Assembly (NCBI GenBank): GCA_052327205.1
Contig: CM126215.1
Location: 111,910,001-111,974,000, forward strand
Direction of reading: 5' to 3'
Length of the DNA: 64,000 nt
From: Somniosus microcephalus
Taxonomy: Eukaryota
Shown here: piece by piece, positions 61,931 through 64,000 of the stretch
How positions within the stretch are numbered: the first letter of the stretch is position 1
Layout of the letters: each line of letters opens with the position of its first letter
Program-made: the position numbers and the translations under genes
The notes under the pieces: model-generated
Told to the model about the DNA's origin: nothing
The model's database searches: none
What the model saw: only the letters and a program-made list of their open reading frames with translations

Positions 61931-63462
61931 ATACATACCTTGCGTTGATGCGAAGTGTTTCGCTTTCAATACAAATAGTGCAGCATAGCTCGGAGGCGAA
62001 GTTGCCCGAATCGAATTTAAGCAGACCGCCCGAGACCTGAAAGGAGGTAGTCTCGCTCTGCTTTTAGCTTTGCACCGGCTGCAATATAACTGCAATCCAG
62101 GCATCAGCTAGTTATTCAGGACAGCTGATGGATGCAAGCCTTCTCCAGCATATTGCTCGAGAGCGAATACCCCTGTGGTGGCAAAAATTGAATCCCTTTA
62201 TCCAATTGCTCCTATTAAAGCAGACTGTACAGGTAACAAATTGGCTCACCATTTGCTCTCTGGAGCAGTGGCAGTGGCTGTGGGTGTGGGTGGGGGAGGG
62301 GCAGTTCCCATTAACAGGATGCCCCATTAAGCAGCTCCCATGGCTTAAATATTCAGGAGGCGAGGAGGAACATTTGCAAGCCTTGTCACCTCGCAAGGCG
62401 GGAGGCCATTCTCCTCCCTGTCACTCGTCAGGCAGGCAACTCCTAAACAGCGCACAGCGATGACAACTTGTGTCAAAATGCACTGTAATTAAAGAACAGC
62501 TCCTTGGGAGCATCCGTGGAGCCGACATGCTCTCCTGAGCACAGTGTTCTGCCTTGGTCTGTGGCAAACAATTCACCAGTCAGCCCATAACAACCTCAAA
62601 AAATATGTGTTTTGCAAAAATAATTAACATTATAAACATGCAAGGGGAGTTACAAGTGTATGTCCTAAGGATATTAGCTGTACAATTTATTTTTCAGGCG
62701 GAGGGAAGTATTAAAGCCCGATCCTCATACTCAGGGCAACCAACCGGAGAAACAACTGAAGCCAGATTCTCGCACTTTAAAGCCGTGGTCATTTTATTTT
62801 TTGAATACTGCTGCAATTCGTCCCTCTGCATTTCAGATGGAGACTATAGCAGCAGAACTTTGACGATGGGATACTTATTATACTGAATAAATACACACGG
62901 CACTATGAGGTAGAAATTCATCATTGTTGCTCCCATTTCACAGACATAAAATCACGCGCAACGATGACAGATTTCGCAGCGGGAAGGCCCGGGGCCTGAC
63001 ATGCCAGCGTGCCTGGGCCACTGCTAAATTCGTCAGCGAGGGCCTTTTTTTAGAAAAAGATGATTTTATAAAGGTTTAGCATAACTTCCCTGTCAGAATG
63101 CGAGCCCACGAACGCTGCCATAACTTGGGAAATCTCACCTGGCCTGGATACGGGACAGATTTGGCAACTCCTGAGATATTTTGACTCGTCCAGTCGCTGC
63201 AGGTCCAATTCTAAAATAGGCAGAATCGCAAACTGAAATCCATAAAACATTGATAAAAAGCCGAGAATGCAATAAAAATGGAATGCGACTTATGTAGCTA
63301 CTGTTAGCCAGTGGTCCTCATTATAAAGAATTAAAAAATATTACAGAAGAATATATTTTAAGGATAATATGTCACTGGAAAGTACATGGTGGAAAGGAAC
63401 GTATAGTACACAATTAACTGAGCCGTCATTGTGATCCAGTATCCTGATTACCACTTATTATA

Positions 63463-63740
63463 AAAAAGCAAAATACTGCGGATGCTGGAAATCTGAAATA
63501 AAAACAGACAATGCTGGAAATACTCAGCAGGTCAGGCAGCATCTGTGGAGAGAGAAACAGCGTTAACATTTCAGGTATTGTCTCTGCACCTGTACCTGCC
63601 TCTGCACCTGCTTAAAACCTGTTACATCTCTAACTTTTTACAGTTCTGACCAAAGGTCATCGACCTGAAGCATTAACTCTGTTTCCCTCTCCACAGATGC
63701 TGCCTGACCGGCTGAGTATTTCCAGCATTTTCTGTTGCTA
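63463..63740. mobile_element. Inverted (fold-back) Penelope-like insertion
   Basis: Inverted PLE ends; perfect 14-bp TSD TACCACTTATTATA (63449-63462, 63741-63754). Confidence 0.8.
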
Positions 63741-63758
63741 TACCACTTATTATATCGT

Positions 63759-64000
63759 TGAGATACCGCGGCAAACGTGGGAGTCGAGACCAGAGCTAGT
63801 AAAACAGAACAGCTTTTTATTTCAGCCTCATGGCAAAACAGGAACTGGAAGAGCCCGCGCCTGACTTAAATACTCCCCAGACAGGAAGTGCTCCCGGCAG
63901 CCTGTCCCTGTGGGAAACAAGTTGCTGGAGGAAAGGGCCCCCGGTTGGGGGCGTCTGCTTAAACTGTCCGTACCGCCGTGAGCGGATTGTGTCCAGTGGT
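63759..64000 (-). mobile_element. Probable LTR running off the window edge
   Basis: Starts with TG on the plus strand; minus strand has TATTTAA followed by AATAAA; CpG-rich relative to flanks; partner end not visible. Confidence 0.4.

Overview
This is vertebrate, most likely cartilaginous-fish (shark-type), intergenic or intronic DNA made up mostly of nested transposable elements. I cannot confidently identify any host protein-coding gene. Large elements: two near-complete Ty3/Gypsy LTR retrotransposons on the minus strand (18607-22897 and 23757-28337, both with 5-bp TSDs and mutated gag-pol); a two-gene PIF/Harbinger transposon (42759-46954: spliced Myb/SANT gene plus a convergent HARBI1-like transposase); a 3-kb 5'-truncated CR1 LINE (54970-57948); and a non-autonomous Helitron (47754-48695). 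Smaller elements: three solo LTRs, several Harbinger-type MITEs, Tigger-like and hAT MITEs, palindromic Penelope-like insertions carrying minimal hammerhead ribozyme cores, many DeuSINE/L2/CR1 fragments and a 41-bp C-rich minisatellite. The most notable observation is that the first Gypsy element has no tRNA primer-binding site. Its PBS position is instead exactly complementary to the 12 nt of its own LTR that contain the poly(A) signal, which suggests self-priming and/or poly(A) masking in an element with no visible chromodomain. Family names come from motif recognition, not database searches, and boundaries of old fragments are approximate.
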